A stretch of 64,000 nt of DNA from Callorhinchus milii (lineage: Eukaryota): positions 112,406,001 to 112,470,000 of the forward strand of contig NW_024704743.1 of assembly GCF_018977255.1 (NCBI RefSeq), read 5' to 3'. Numbering within the stretch: the first letter of the stretch is position 1; each line of letters begins with the position of its first letter. The position numbers and the translations under genes were made by a program. The notes below the pieces were generated by a model, which was not told the origin of the DNA, ran no database searches, and saw only the letters and a list, made by a program, of their open reading frames with translations. Shown here piece after piece: positions 1 to 11,704 of this stretch.

Positions 1-8
1 GTAAATCT

Positions 9-3000
9 ACAACAACAACAACAACAACAAGATTCCATTTATTGAGCGCCTTTCACGTCGGGAGGATGTCCCAAGGCGCTGTACAGTTAGGTCAGGACCC
101 GAGCAAGGGGGAAATGGTCAGGGTGAGGGGAGGGAAGGGAGGGAGCGAGGAGGGGGTAGAGATTCTAGAGAGGAGCTGAAGGCACGGTCAAAGAGAAAGG
201 TCTTGAGACCGGCCTTGAAGGAGGAAAGGGAGGAGGCAAGGCGAAGGCACTGGGGGATAGAGTTCCAGAGCCTAGGGGCTGAGAGGCTGAAGGCCCGGCC
301 ACCGATGGTAGGGCGGTTGGGGCGGGGGATATGGAGCAGACCGGAGCCAGAGGAACGGAGGGTACGGGCAGGTAGGTAGGGGGATAGTAGGTTGGAGAGG
401 TAGGAGGGAGCAAGGCCGTGAATGGCCTTGTAGGTGAGGATGAGGATCTTGAATTCGATCCTCTGGGGGATGGGGAGCCAGTGGAGGCGAGCGAGGGTGG
501 GAGTGATGTGGTCCCGAAGCCTGGTGCGGGACAGTACACGAGCTGCAGAGTTCTGAATGACCTGCAGCTTGTGGAGGGAGGTGCCGGGAAGGCCGGCGAG
601 GAGAGAGTTCCCATAGTCCAGCCTTGAGGTGATAAAGGCGTGAACCAGGGTTTCAGCAGCGTGAGGGGTGAGGTAGTGCCGTAGTCTGGCGATGTTCCGG
701 AGGTGATGGAAGGCGGTGCCAGTTGTGGTGCGGATGTGAGGGAGAAAGGACAGCTCAGGGTCGAACAGAACCCCGAGGTTCCTGACCGGCTTTGAGAGGT
801 GGAGAGTGCAGCCTTGGATGCTGATGGTGTCAGCGCCTGAGGTGCAGAGGCGCTGACACGAGCCAATCAGGAGGGCCTCAGTTTTACGCACGTTGAGCTG
901 GAGAAAGTTATCTCTCGTCCAGGACTCGATGTCGGACAGGCAGGCTGTCAGGACATCGGTGGTCGTGGAGTTGAGGGTAGAGGAGGAAAGGTAGAGTTGG
1001 GTGTCATCCGCATACATGTGGAAGTTAACCCCATGTCTGCGGATGATGTCACCAAGGGGGAGCATATAGAGGGTGAAGAGGAGGGGACCGAGGACAGAGC
1101 CTTGAGGGACACCGCACGAGACAGTGCGGGGGCCGGAGGAAAAACCATTTGTGGAGACAAAGTGAAGACGGTGGGAGAGGTACGACCTAAACCACTCAAG
1201 GACAGGGCCTTGAAGGTTGAGGTGGGAGGACAAGCGGTGGAGGAGGATAGCATGGTCGACCGTATCGAATGCTGCCGATAGGTCGAGGAGGACGAGGAGG
1301 CAGAGGGAGCCCTGGTCACAGATGGTCAGGATGTCATTGGTGACCTTGACCAGGGCAGTTTCTGTGCTATGGGCAGCACGGAAACCCGACTGAAGGGGTT
1401 CAAATAGTGAATGGTTGGAGAGGAAAGAGCGCAGCTGGGAGGCGACAACTCGTTCCAGGACCTTGGACAGGAAGGGGAGGTTGGAGATGGGCCGGTAGCT
1501 TGATAGCTGCGACGCATCAAGGGAGGGTTTTTTTAAGGTGGGAGTGATGGTGGCAGTTTTTAAGGGAATGGGAATAGAGCCAGAGGAGAGGGACAGGTTG
1601 ACGATGTCTGTGATATGTGGGGCAAGGAGGTGGAGCTGGGAGATAAGGAGTGGAGTGGGGATGGGGTCAAGGGAGCAGGTGGTGGGTTTCAGGGATAGGA
1701 TGAGTTTGGTGACAGAGGATGGGGAAACGGGTACGAAGGTGTGTAGGGGAGGATGGGTAGGAGTCGGAGTGTGGGAGGGAAGGGGTGGGTGGTGGGTGGA
1801 TGTTGGAGGGGAAGTGACCGCGGAGCGAATTCCCTTGATCTTGGATTCAAGGAAATCCAGCATCTCCTCGCAGTGAAGGTTGGAGGAGATGACCTGCGCG
1901 GGGTGGCGGGGGGGACGGAGGAGTCGGGATGTGGTAGAGAACAGTAGCCTGGGGTTGTCCTTCGCCTCCAGGATTATCCTGGAGTAGAAGGACGATTTGG
2001 CCGAGGCTAGAGTGGAGCGGTAGATTTTGAGGAGGTCCAGCCAGATTTGTCGGTGGACCGTTAGGCCAGATTTGACCCAGGTGCGTTCAGCGGCCCGCAC
2101 CTGGCTCTTCAGTGAGCGGAGGTGGGTGGTGAACCAGGGGGAGGAGCGAGAGTAGGAGACAGTACGGGAGGTGATAGGGGCAAGAGTGTCAAGTGTGGAG
2201 GAGAGGGTGTTGTGGAGGAGGGTGAGAGCAGAAGAGGGGTCGGTGAGGGTTGAAGGCCAGAGGGAGAGGAGTTCAGAGGACTCCAAGGCAGCGGTTAGGG
2301 ATTGAGGGGGTAACTTCTTCCAGGGGCGGTAGAAGATGGTGGTGGGTCTGGTGGAGGTGGGGAGGGGGGTGGAGGTGGTGAAGGAGATGAAGTGGTGGTC
2401 GGAGATGGCCTTGTCGGTGATGGTGACATCCGAGACACTGAGGCCCCGGGTGATCACCAAGTCGAGTGGGTGGCCGTGACTGTGAGTGGGGGAGTTGATG
2501 TGGAGGGAGAGGTTGAGCGAGGAGAGCAGGGAAGAGAAATCTGAGGAGATTGAGCAGGAGGGGGTGAAGTGCAGGTTAAAGTCGCCCAGGATGATGAGGC
2601 GATCAGAGCAGAGGCAGAGAGATGTGAGAAGTGTTGAGATATCAGAGATAAAGGTGGGAGAGGTTTTAGGGGGCCGGTAGAGGAGGAGGATTTTAAGTGA
2701 GAGGAAGGAGGGGTGGGAGAGGGTGAGGTGCTCAAAAGAGGGGAAAGAGCCAGAGGAGTAGGGGGATAGGGCAAGTGGTGTCCTTGAGATAAGGGCAACA
2801 CCACCGCCACGGCGGTTGGGGCGAGGGATGTGGTGGGAGGTGTAGCCGGGTGGTGTGGCCTCCGTGAGGGGGAAGGTGTCGCCTGGGGTGAGCCAGGTTT
2901 CCGTTAAGGCCATGATATCAACGTTCTCATCAAGGATGAGATCGTTGATGACCAGGGCCTTGTTACAGAGGGAGCGGACGTTTTGTAGTCCGATGTGGAT

Positions 3001-3378
3001 GGAGCGGTTGACAGAAGGGTGTGTGGGAGGGGAGGGGGGTCCCGGTTGTGAGGCAGGGGTGGGGGAAATGGGGATAAGGGAGGAGAGGTTGGCTCCCCGG
3101 GTCTGTGTCCGGGGTGGCTGGCGAGTGTGGTGGGGAATGGGGCAGTCGTTGTGGCTGCTGCTGGACAGCCAACGCCGAGTGCCACGGTGAGCCCGGCGAA
3201 GGATTCCCAGGCTGGAGCAGAGGGAGGTTGTGGGAGGGTCAAGTGGGGATAGAAGGCGAGAGGGACGGAGAGGAGGAGAGAGCGGGAGAGATGCAGAGGG
3301 GGGAGGGTTTGGGGGTAGAGAGGAGGGAGGGAGGGGGTGAGGGGGCTTGGGTCATAGCGGCAGCCATATTGCACACTT
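9..3378 (-). mobile_element. L2-clade non-LTR retrotransposon, apparently full length, single-ORF type
   Basis: The element carries an APE+RT ORF, a short 3' UTR with a stem-loop (AGCGCCTT...AAGGCGCT) and a (TTG)n tail at 9-30. Composition changes abruptly to AT-rich at ~3380. The 5' boundary is approximate. Confidence 0.93.
118..3351 (-). CDS. L2 ORF2: AP endonuclease + reverse transcriptase (first in-frame ATG at 2913; frame stays open up to the TGA at 3352-3354)
   Basis: APE motifs: LQNVRSL, TETWL, RGGGVA, YRPP, GDFN, SDH. RT motifs: [34 protein letters not shown]. Manual translation upstream of 2913 gives ...[13 protein letters not shown]...[14 protein letters not shown], with no stops. 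Confidence 0.95.
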   Translation of the reverse strand, partial: PKPPHPLPPSSLPPNPPPSASLPLSPPLRPSRLLSPLDPPTTSLCSSLGILRRAHRGTRRWLSSSSHNDCPIPHHTRQPPRTQTRGANLSSLIPISPTPASQPGPPSPPTHPSVNRSIHIGLQNVRSLCNKALVINDLILDENVDIMALTETWLTPGDTFPLTEATPPGYTSHHIPRPNRRGGGVALISRTPLALSPYSSGSFPSFEHLTLSHPSFLSLKILLLYRPPKTSPTFISDISTLLTSLCLCSDRLIILGDFNLHFTPSCSISSDFSSLLSSLNLSLHINSPTHSHGHPLDLVITRGLSVSDVTITDKAISDHHFISFTTSTPLPTSTRPTTIFYRPWKKLPPQSLTAALESSELLSLWPSTLTDPSSALTLLHNTLSSTLDTLAPITSRTVSYSRSSPWFTTHLRSLKSQVRAAERTWVKSGLTVHRQIWLDLLKIYRSTLASAKSSFYSRIILEAKDNPRLLFSTTSRLLRPPRHPAQVISSNLHCEEMLDFLESKIKGIRSAVTSPPTSTHHPPLPSHTPTPTHPPLHTFVPVSPSSVTKLILSLKPTTCSLDPIPTPLLISQLHLLAPHITDIVNLSLSSGSIPIPLKTATITPTLKKPSLDASQLSSYRPISNLPFLSKVLERVVASQLRSFLSNHSLFEPLQSGFRAAHSTETALVKVTNDILTICDQGSLCLLVLLDLSAAFDTVDHAILLHRLSSHLNLQGPVLEWFRSYLSHRLHFVSTNGFSSGPRTVSCGVPQGSVLGPLLFTLYMLPLGDIIRRHGVNFHMYADDTQLYLSSSTLNSTTTDVLTACLSDIESWTRDNFLQLNVRKTEALLIGSCQRLCTSGADTISIQGCTLHLSKPVRNLGVLFDPELSFLPHIRTTTGTAFHHLRNIARLRHYLTPHAAETLVHAFITSRLDYGNSLLAGLPGTSLHKLQVIQNSAARVLSRTRLRDHITPTLARLHWLPIPQRIEFKILILTYKAIHGLAPSYLSNLLSPYLPARTLRSSGSGLLHIPRPNRPTIGGRAFSLSAPRLWNSIPQCLRLASSLSSFKAGLKTFLFDRAFSSSLESLPPPRSLPSLPSP

Positions 3379-5839
3379 TACTTTGCAATCAATCTGAGGT
3401 CTCTGTAATCCACTAAGACATAGTAGATTTCTGATATCACTTACCTTAATAAAATGCTAAAAAATGCCAGCTTAATGAAAATGGTCAATGAATGTTATCT
3501 GTTTGCAATCTTTTAAATAAGAATGACATTGCAAAGTGCTGAACATTCTCACCAAATAAAAATCTGTAAAAATCTAACAAGAGGTTAGAACCTTGCTGTC
3601 ACTGACTGTGATTCCCATTCCCTGCAACCAATGACTAAACTCGGCAATTCACAAGAATTATTATTACCTGTCTATAGACTACTTACTATCTGAGGACCAT
3701 TACACTATCTGTTCTAAAATACAATTTGTCAATTTTTGTCTGAAAATCCGGTCACAGTTACATAATATGAATGGGAATATCATATATTTTTGAGGAAAGT
3801 ACAGACTGATGACAAAACCATTGCTTTGAGAGGCCTCATTTCCAACCCGATGTGAAATCTTTAAGACTTTAAGGGGGCACAGGCTCAAGAAAGTGATTTA
3901 CACTGGTTAAAAGGAAAGATCTGCAATAAACTGTGAAATTTAACATACAAAAAAAAATATTTGTACGTGTGTAGACACATCCAGCTTCTTCTTTATTCAA
4001 GGTATCAAAATAACTTGCAGCTTGGCTCATTTACACTGGAAAGCATACATTGGACTTTTATATTTTTCTTGGCTCACTTATTGTCAACACTGAAATCTGT
4101 TTATATTATTGCAACAACCGAGTTTTCAGATTAGCAAATGTGTATAGGAGTAGGTAAGCCAAATAAAGTGGAGACATAGTGCAGCGTGGTTTGATTATTT
4201 GTCGAATGATATTGCAGACTTGCTCACTCAGTAATGGATGAACATTGTTAAATATCAAGATTATTCATATAATCGACACACTGTCCAAAGATATGAAACA
4301 ACATGCCGACACAAACAGTTTAGCAAGGTCCAGCAACCTAGTTACACCACTGAAGACATAGTGACTATGAATATCTGTCATAAATTTTGTGTTAAAATAT
4401 ATTATTTTAAAATAATGCAACCAGTGTTAAAATCCTCATGAAATTCCCTTAGCCTGTTTTTTTGGAAAATCAATGTACAAACCTGAATTGGTCGCATTAA
4501 CAAATGGGGTTCAAATCATCATGGTTTATCTCTGTAATTCCTTCGTTTAAGATTCCTTCGTTTCCCTTACGAGAAAGTGCCAGGTTTCTATTCAATGTTT
4601 CCTCCTGAATTAGTTCACAGTGTGTGGTTCAATAGTGGCTGTGACTTCATATCCATGGTGCATTGAATTGACTACTTTCACCACATTTTCAGTTATCTTT
4701 CTCCTCTCCACCCTCTTCAGCCCATCCCCCTGTTCAGGTTCCCACCCCATCCCCCTGCTCAGGTGCCCAGTCAGCAGTGTAAAGTGCTTTGACAAGTCCT
4801 CCCAACGTGAAAGGTTCTGCATAAATTGTAATGGAAATTTATAGAAGTTGAATATACAATATTATATGACTATCCATATCTTGAACTTCCTCCATCTTTA
4901 TCTGTTCACTTTTCATTGGCCTGCTTTATGGAGAGGTCGTCTGCTTCCTTCAAAATTCTGCCCCGCTCTGGACTCTATCCCAGCGACTCTGACTCAGGAC
5001 TCTCCCTCCTCTCTTTCAAGATCCATCTCAAAATGTATTTCTTAGAATGGGCTTCTGGGAATCTTAGCTCAGGTGTCCATCCAGTACTGTGAAGCACTTT
5101 GAAACATCTTCCCGACATGAAAGGCGCTGTTTAAATGTAAATTATATTGTTTTACAAAACTGACAGTTGGTGACACATTGTAAGCCATTAATATACAGCA
5201 ACTTTGAAAAACAGTGAATGGAGTTGAGAACAGTTAAAGTGTCTATTGTGTACTGTACATAAAGGATAGTAACTCTTGAAGATACTTAATGGGGACACAG
5301 TAGTTCCCTACTGTATTATGGCATAGTCAAATCCTTGCATTTGGCAATGGGTGATTTCAGCACAGTAGAAGGATTTTGAACATGAGCAAACAGTTTGGAT
5401 GTACAGGAATCAATGGTTTCAAAATGTCGGATGTATCTGTTTCGATTTAGTAAAACGTCTTAACTTTTAGAAGCAAAACTGCAGAAAGGTTCCAATTTAA
5501 TATGTGATATTTAATACATTCTATTCTTCATTAAAGTCGATCCAGCGCATTAGGCATCAGTCCTTTAAATGTATTTTACGGAAGGTTGGTTAAAGCTTTA
5601 GAATTTAAACCAGTATTATTCCAACAGTTGAGCATAATAAAATCTTTGTAGTCAGAAGTCATGAGGATCAGTGGCATCCTTTCATTTCGGCTAGTATTTC
5701 AATTTGCAAAACATTACTAAATCTTGGCATTTAGATAGTTTTGGAAATGTCGCAAACCTTGGAGAAACTTTCTTCCGCTCTGTGTTATGCCTGTTTTAAA
5801 GTTGAAGGGTAAAATCTGCCTTCTCACTAAGTTTGGAGG

Positions 5840-5932
5840 ACATAGGAACATAGGAACAGGACTAAGCCATTCAGCCTCTCAAGCCTGTTCTGCCAATCCT
5901 TTAGATCATGGCTGATCCGTACCTCGACTCCA
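5840..5932 (-). mobile_element. CR1-like LINE 3' end fragment
   Basis: The (CATAGGAA)n tail followed by GCCATTCAGCC...AGCCTGTTC is typical of a reversed CR1 3' UTR. A similar fragment lies at 33431-33832. Confidence 0.65.
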
Positions 5933-6236
5933 ATTAGTTGGAGAAAGCACAAGTTCCCCCACGAAACTCCAACCTGCCTGAAGTTTGTAAAATGTAAGTA
6001 ACCAATGAAGAACAGGCAGTTGGATGGAGATTAAAAACCTAGCAGACATTAGAAAATACTGTGGAAAACAACTGCTCAGCAGACACAAAAGTCACTTTGG
6101 GGACAGCTCCAATAGTCCAGTGGATAGAGCTGCAGGTTGCAGACCCAGGAACTCACTGCTTCGAATCCCAATCTCTGATGAGTCTATAGCGGCCTTGAGA
6201 GGTTACCAGAGGGTAATTGGTAGAGCCCCATGAAAT

Positions 6237-6342
6237 TAATAATCCTTGCAGTTGATACAGCGCCTTATCATGTCTTTGAGAACGTCTCAAAGCGCTTCAC
6301 AGAATATGCTGTAAAGTGAATTGACTGTATATTTTGTGCGCA
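6237..6342 (-). mobile_element. Deu-type SINE 3' fragment
   Basis: Matches the tail of the full-length SINE copies (AATCCTTGCA.TTGATA.AGCGCCTTATCA...AAAGCGCTTCACAG). Confidence 0.85.
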
Positions 6343-7605
6343 AAAATTACTTTTAATTTTTATAATTTTTCATTTGATATTTTATGTTACTTTGTTTTAT
6401 CCATTAAAAATTTTGTTTTATTTCCTTTTATTACATTTACATTATTTCATTACTCGCGCTGCCCCGCCCGACAACTGCTGCAATGCCGCCAGCCATTGGC
6501 TCGCTCACCACGAATCCACATGCCAAGATCCACCGTAATGCAACCTTTATTTGGTCACAGAGCCGGAGCTAGTGATTGATTCAAAAATGGAATAGAAATA
6601 TTAGGGTGAAAAAGGCAATGCTTCATTACAGTCAATATAATCATCACATCAATGAACTGAAATTCCAGTCAGTGTTATGCAAAATACCTTTGACAAAATC
6701 AGACGTCAATGGAATGTCCCCATTACAATCACCAAAGACAGTCACCATAACGCTCCCTGGAACCTCAGCAACAAATTTATTAAGAGATTTATTTATTTTT
6801 CATCCTGTTATTTCTCAGTTGAAACTACTAAAGTGAAATAACACTGGCTTGTGAGCCTTTTGCCCTGGTTCATTGGATACAGTCTCTTGCACATTGCCCT
6901 CCACTTGTGGCCTCAATCTCCTTCGCAACCCTCTCCTCCTCAGATAACACAATGGGAGCCACAATTGTAGTTGCTGATACAGATTTCTCAGCAGATTGCC
7001 AGTTGGGCAAAACTTTGAAAGCAGATCTCACTCAGACGAAGCTTAAATACCCCCAAGTTCAGAGGGAGTGGCAAGACCGAGATTTGGCTTCCAGCAGCAA
7101 AATTATGCCTTAATAACCTGCTTTCAACAATGTTGTTGCTATCGGCTAATGCCCGCTCAAATAAAATTTCATCTTCTATCTAAAAAGAACTTGTAAACGT
7201 TGACATCGCTGAAACTATCCTTCTGCTCCAGGCTTTATCATGCAAACATTTTATCAAGGAGTGGATAATCTCTGCTCCACATTGTCTACATTTTTAACAT
7301 GTTTTTTGGCATTGTTCAGTGCCACGTTCAGTATTCATTTGTTCTCATGCTCTACTTTCCCAATACGGGTATAAAGTTTCCATTTAACATCACCATACCC
7401 TATCAAAGGATTTGTTTGATGCATTTCACCCATTTTTACATTGTTTTCTGTCTTGTTTTGGCAATGCAAGTTAATTGATTTATGGCCAGGATGTTTGTGC
7501 AGACTAAAAGGAATATTCTGCAGAAAAGAAGCAAGTCTTTGGTTGGTTGGACCGTGCACCTACAAAATATTCACCTACAAAATATAAGGTTGCTCCACTT
7601 TACAC

Positions 7606-7843
7606 TCACTGACCCTACTCTTTGGAACTCCATCCCACAATCCCTTCACCTTGCCTCATCCCTTGCCTCCTTCAAGGCACAACTCAAAACCCTCCTTTTT
7701 AACCATGCCTTCAGCCGCCATCCTACCCCCTCTGCCCTCCCTCATTCCAACCCTGCCCCTACGCTCGGGTCCTGATCCCTGACTGTTCAGCGCCTTGGGA
7801 CTCCCGATGTGAATGGTGCTTTACAAATGTAATGTTGTTGTTG
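7606..7843 (+). mobile_element. 5'-truncated L2 inserted in a SINE tail
   Basis: Encodes LWNSIPQSLHLASSLASFKAQLKT, followed by the L2 3' UTR and (GTT)n. The SINE tail resumes at ~7844. Confidence 0.85.
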
Positions 7844-8496
7844 TATCCTGTGAAGCTCGTTGAGACATCCTCCTGACCTGAAAGGTACGATATCAAATGT
7901 AAGGGTTATTATTATTATTCCTCTGGTTCCTTTTCACTGTGCTCTCACTCTTGGTCTGTGAGAATGGCTGTTCTGTCTTTTTACTAAATTGCATGAGGCT
8001 TAACAGCTTAGTTTGTGGTGTTTGTTTATAGCTAACTTCTCGCAATTTGGCTAATTTACAGGAACTTCCCAGGTCTGACTGCAGCCTTTCCACACTGTTT
8101 TTGTACCTTATTTTTCCTTAATTTTCAAGTGGCGCGCTTGTGTGTGGATCCTCCTTGTCCTTCTCTTTGCAATGCATCTCACAAGAAGGAAAAGTAGCTG
8201 CCTTCTTATTAAAGAACTGCTGTTTGGATCTGAGCATAGGTCACAAGCAAAGACGAGAGTCAGGAAAAGCTTCTGACTTTCAACTAGCAGTTCTCCATCT
8301 CACGCAATCTGTGAGGTATTCATGAGCTGTTCAGTGTGAGGGTAAATGTATAAATACTAGCATAGATGGTGATGTTGGGGGGAGAGGTGGGGGCGTCTCA
8401 GTCCAGACTTTCTCCCAAACAAACATTACAGACCAAGCTGTTAAGCTTCATGCAATTTATTAAAAACCAACAGGATAGCCACTCTCTCAGAGAGTC

Positions 8497-9404
8497 TGTT
8501 AGAATTTACACTTTTTGTATAATGTTAGAATCATAATAGATGTTGCAAACGGGTTAACTTTTAAGTTAAGTGTGGGGGGCAACTGGACTGACACTCATGA
8601 TTAACACTCAAGAGCAACAAAAGGCAACCCTCAAGAATAGCAGCTAACGAGCAAGTTGCTTAAACTAGAGGACCTTGGTACCATCCCGAGATACTGATAA
8701 GAAATAACCAGTCACTTAAAAGGAATGTACTAATGATCCCACACCACAAAATAATGAGCACCAGATACAGCCCTAAACTGATCAATTCTCTATCTTAGAC
8801 AATTAGATCAGATAACAGGGGTCTTAAGGACAATGTGTATGTGTGTGAGGCACGTACACCCCATGAGGTGCTCACGTACACCCAGCATGATTTCGACCGG
8901 GTGATCTAATGTCCGCACCATGATTGGACGAACATCGGTATAAGAGTTCCGGGGCCGTCCCGGGTTGCGGAGACAAGGATACGGGAGATGGGGCCATCCC
9001 GGGTTGCGGAGACAAGGGTATGGGAGATGGGGCCATCCCGGGTCGCGGAGACAAGGATACGGGAGATGGGGCCATCCCGGGCCGCAGAGACAAGGATACG
9101 GGAGATGGAAGACTGAGAGCTAGAAACACTAAGACTGAGGATATCAGATGGAAGATTGAAAGCTGTAAGCAAGAAGAATGAAAGCATGAAGAATCAAGTT
9201 TGCGTGCTATAAAGACACAGTGTTGAACTCGAGATATCTACGTTGGTATTATTCTGTTATAAGATCTGTTGATTGTACCGGCCTTTGGTCTGACCCATCG
9301 GGATATTGGGGAATAACGAACGAATAATAATAAAACAGTCTGATATCTGGTTAAAGGAATTAGCGTTATTTCCTTACAGATTTGGCTGATTTTATTTTCT
9401 AACA
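8497..9404 (+). mobile_element. Solo LTR (908 bp) with 4-bp target-site duplication
   Basis: Termini TGTTAGAA...TTCTAACA form 8-bp inverted ends. AGTC flanks both sides (8493-8496 and 9405-9408). ATTGG at 8923, TATAAG at 8939 and AATAAA at 9329 suggest + orientation. Confidence 0.85.
8951..9106 (+). repeat. 4 x 39-bp GC-rich tandem repeat within the LTR
   Basis: Units GGGGCCATCCCGGGTTGCGGAGACAAGGATACGGGAGAT start at 8951, 8990, 9029 and 9068. Confidence 0.95.
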
Positions 9405-10137
9405 AGTCCACAGCGAAAAGGAACAAGTAGAATAGTAAAAACCCTTATACTTGATACACCTTTTGTGTTACGAGGATGTCTCAAAGTGCTTCACAGGATA
9501 TACTGTGGAGTGACTGTATATTTTGTAGATGAATGACACACTGCACTGTCCAACCAATCAAAGACTTGCCTCTTTTCTGGAGAATATTCCTCTTATTCAA
9601 CACAAAGATCTTTTGGAATGTATTTTTGCATGTCATACAATTGGACAAAGTCAGATTTAGACTGTGTGCAAATTGGCTGTTGCGTTTGCCTCCAAAATAC
9701 AGTCAACTCACTTTACAGTAAATCCTGTGAAGCATTTTGAGACGTTGGCCTAACATGACAGGCGCTGTGTCAAAGGGGAGATTTATTATAGCTTAATTAG
9801 TATTCCTACAGGTTCATCAATCCATTTCTGGCATCAGAAACACATGATAGAGACTACTAAGCTTTATCTCCAAATGATAAATATGTCAAACCATGTGAAT
9901 GAACTTTCTGTCACTCAGAATCTTCCTTTCAGTAACTATCCCCTTTGTATATGAAAAGTATGATGAAGAGTCCTAAAATATAGGATCCATGTGATAGTTG
10001 TGATCTCTGGTGATACATATTTCCATCATTGATTTACATGTGGGACCACACCATTGGCCCTCCATTCATGCCTTGCACATTGTGGTTCATCCACAGTTAC
10101 TATTAGATTTTCCTCCTTGTTTCTCACACTCTCTCAG

Positions 10138-10352
10138 TAATAATCCCTCCAAAACCAAAACCAATAATAAATTGGTCATTTTCAATCTACGACTGTTTGT
10201 GGGACATTGCTGTGCGCAATTGGCTGCCGTGTTCGCCCACAAATATACAGTCAATTCACTTTACAGTGTGTTCTGTGAAGCGCTTTGGGACGTCCTCCCG
10301 ACGTGAAAAGCGCTACATCAAATGCAAGGATTATTATTATTATTATTAATAA
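10138..10352 (+). mobile_element. 5'-truncated young Deu-type SINE
   Basis: Has the GTGGGACATTGCTGTGCGCAATTGGCTGCC core, an L2-like stem-loop and an (ATT)n tail. Very similar to 33577-33780. Confidence 0.9.
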
Positions 10353-11704
10353 TAATGTTGTTTGTTGTTCTGCTTCCCCATCCAAGGTACCTTTTCCTGT
10401 AAGCTGGTATTTGAAAATAACTGAAGTGAATCTGTCCATATTGTTCTAAAACCTGGTGACAAAGCACCACCGTAGAACTTTACACTTTCTCAATAAAGAG
10501 GGCATTCTGCATAAAATGGCAATTCCCAGGCTGTCTATAACCAGCAGTTTAAAGGCATAAAAACAGGAACAATATCAGGCACTGGAATCTAAAATGTATC
10601 ATTCATAAACTGGAAATCGTGCGCTAACTAGGGCTTCCAATTGAAATTTCAGGATTCGCTAATGAATTGGCTTAAAACAAACAGCAAAAAAAATTGCGGT
10701 CCTCAACTCTGACCTAGACTGTTGTGCAATCAGCATTCGACTTTCTCTGACTTTTCAGGCTTTTACTGGGACAGGAAATGTCTCGAAAGCAAATCCCTGA
10801 CCGCTATCTCAAAGTCATGGGCATTGTAATAATAATAAATAATAATCCTTGCATTTGATATAGTGCCTCTCACATTGGGAGGTCATCTCAAAACGCTTCA
10901 CAGGATTTACTGTAAAGTGTAGTGACTGTGTATTTTGCAGGCGAACATTATGGTTTTTAGGATATTTGGTTTCTTCATTGAAATGCAGCAACAAATAGAA
11001 GTTAGAGCTGTTCCTGAAATCTTTAGTGCTTTTTTGTCTTTCACGTCCAATGACTTGGAATCATGCTTTGTCCTTAAGTTAAGATAGCTGTGAGGAGCTG
11101 AAAAATGCCAAAATAAAGCAATAATCAGGACCAGCTGTGAACTGTGTTTTTTTTATTTCATTAGGGATTTTTAAATGAGAATCTCTAACGTAATTTATTC
11201 TGGATAATACACATCAACAAAATGCTAGCAATACTGAGTCAATGCCTGCTCGTACAAGGAATGCTCTTGTGGTAAAGGCATACAGAAATCTCTATGATTG
11301 CTTGCACAACTGATATGTTTCCAGGTATCCTGTGTCTGCTATCTCTTCATATTTTTCCTTTATAACCCAACACAGGTCATGGTTGTTAGGCAGAGTAAGA
11401 CATAATCCAAAGGAAGAGATTCCAGGCTGAATCCAGATGTGCAAATTGATTTGAATCTTTCTGAAGTCTTCCTTCCTCTAATTATCCAATTTTCTTCTAA
11501 GTCTTTATCGTTATTCTAGCAGTCAATCTGCTGTTTAATAGCTTGATATGATGGTTTTCATTTGCATGGTAACCACTGTCCACCCTTTGTTGATGCCAAG
11601 TCCATCTCCTGATACATTTTTCTTACTTCCTTTTTATAAAGCTCTTTTCAAGTTGCAGATTCCAATTCTGTGCACAATTGGTTGCAGTATTTCCCCCATA
11701 AAAT

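Larger units (their letters stand above)
7490..9610. repeat. Old inverted duplication (arms ~7490-8030 and ~8415-9610, each interrupted by a later insertion)
   Basis: GGAATATTCTGCAGAAAAGAAGCAAGTCTTTGGTTGGTTGGAC (~7510) matches the reverse complement of ~9548-9590. AAATTGCATGAGGCTTAACAGCTT (~7986) matches the reverse complement of ~8435-8458. Both arms contain the same SINE tail. Confidence 0.8.

Noticed and set aside
1-3400. Target-site duplication for the full-length L2 (AATCT at 4-8 and ~3391)
   Set aside because: The match is only 5 bp, the 5' end is uncertain, and only 8 bp of left flank are visible.
165-3416. Overlapping alternative-frame and antisense ORFs (233, 156, 123, 118, 112, 111 aa etc.)
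   Set aside because: They are by-products of the strong C/T strand bias of the L2 ORF and have no recognisable domains.
6860-7113. Exon-like stretch (APIVLSEEERVAKEIEATSGG on -; 68-aa ORF on +)
   Set aside because: It is bounded by stops, has no convincing splice-site pair, and I recognise no homology.
8951-9106. 39-bp repeats as a CRISPR array, or the 85-93 aa repetitive ORFs as genes
   Set aside because: The units are contiguous with no spacers, lie inside an LTR in vertebrate DNA, and the ORFs simply reflect a 39-bp (13-codon) period.
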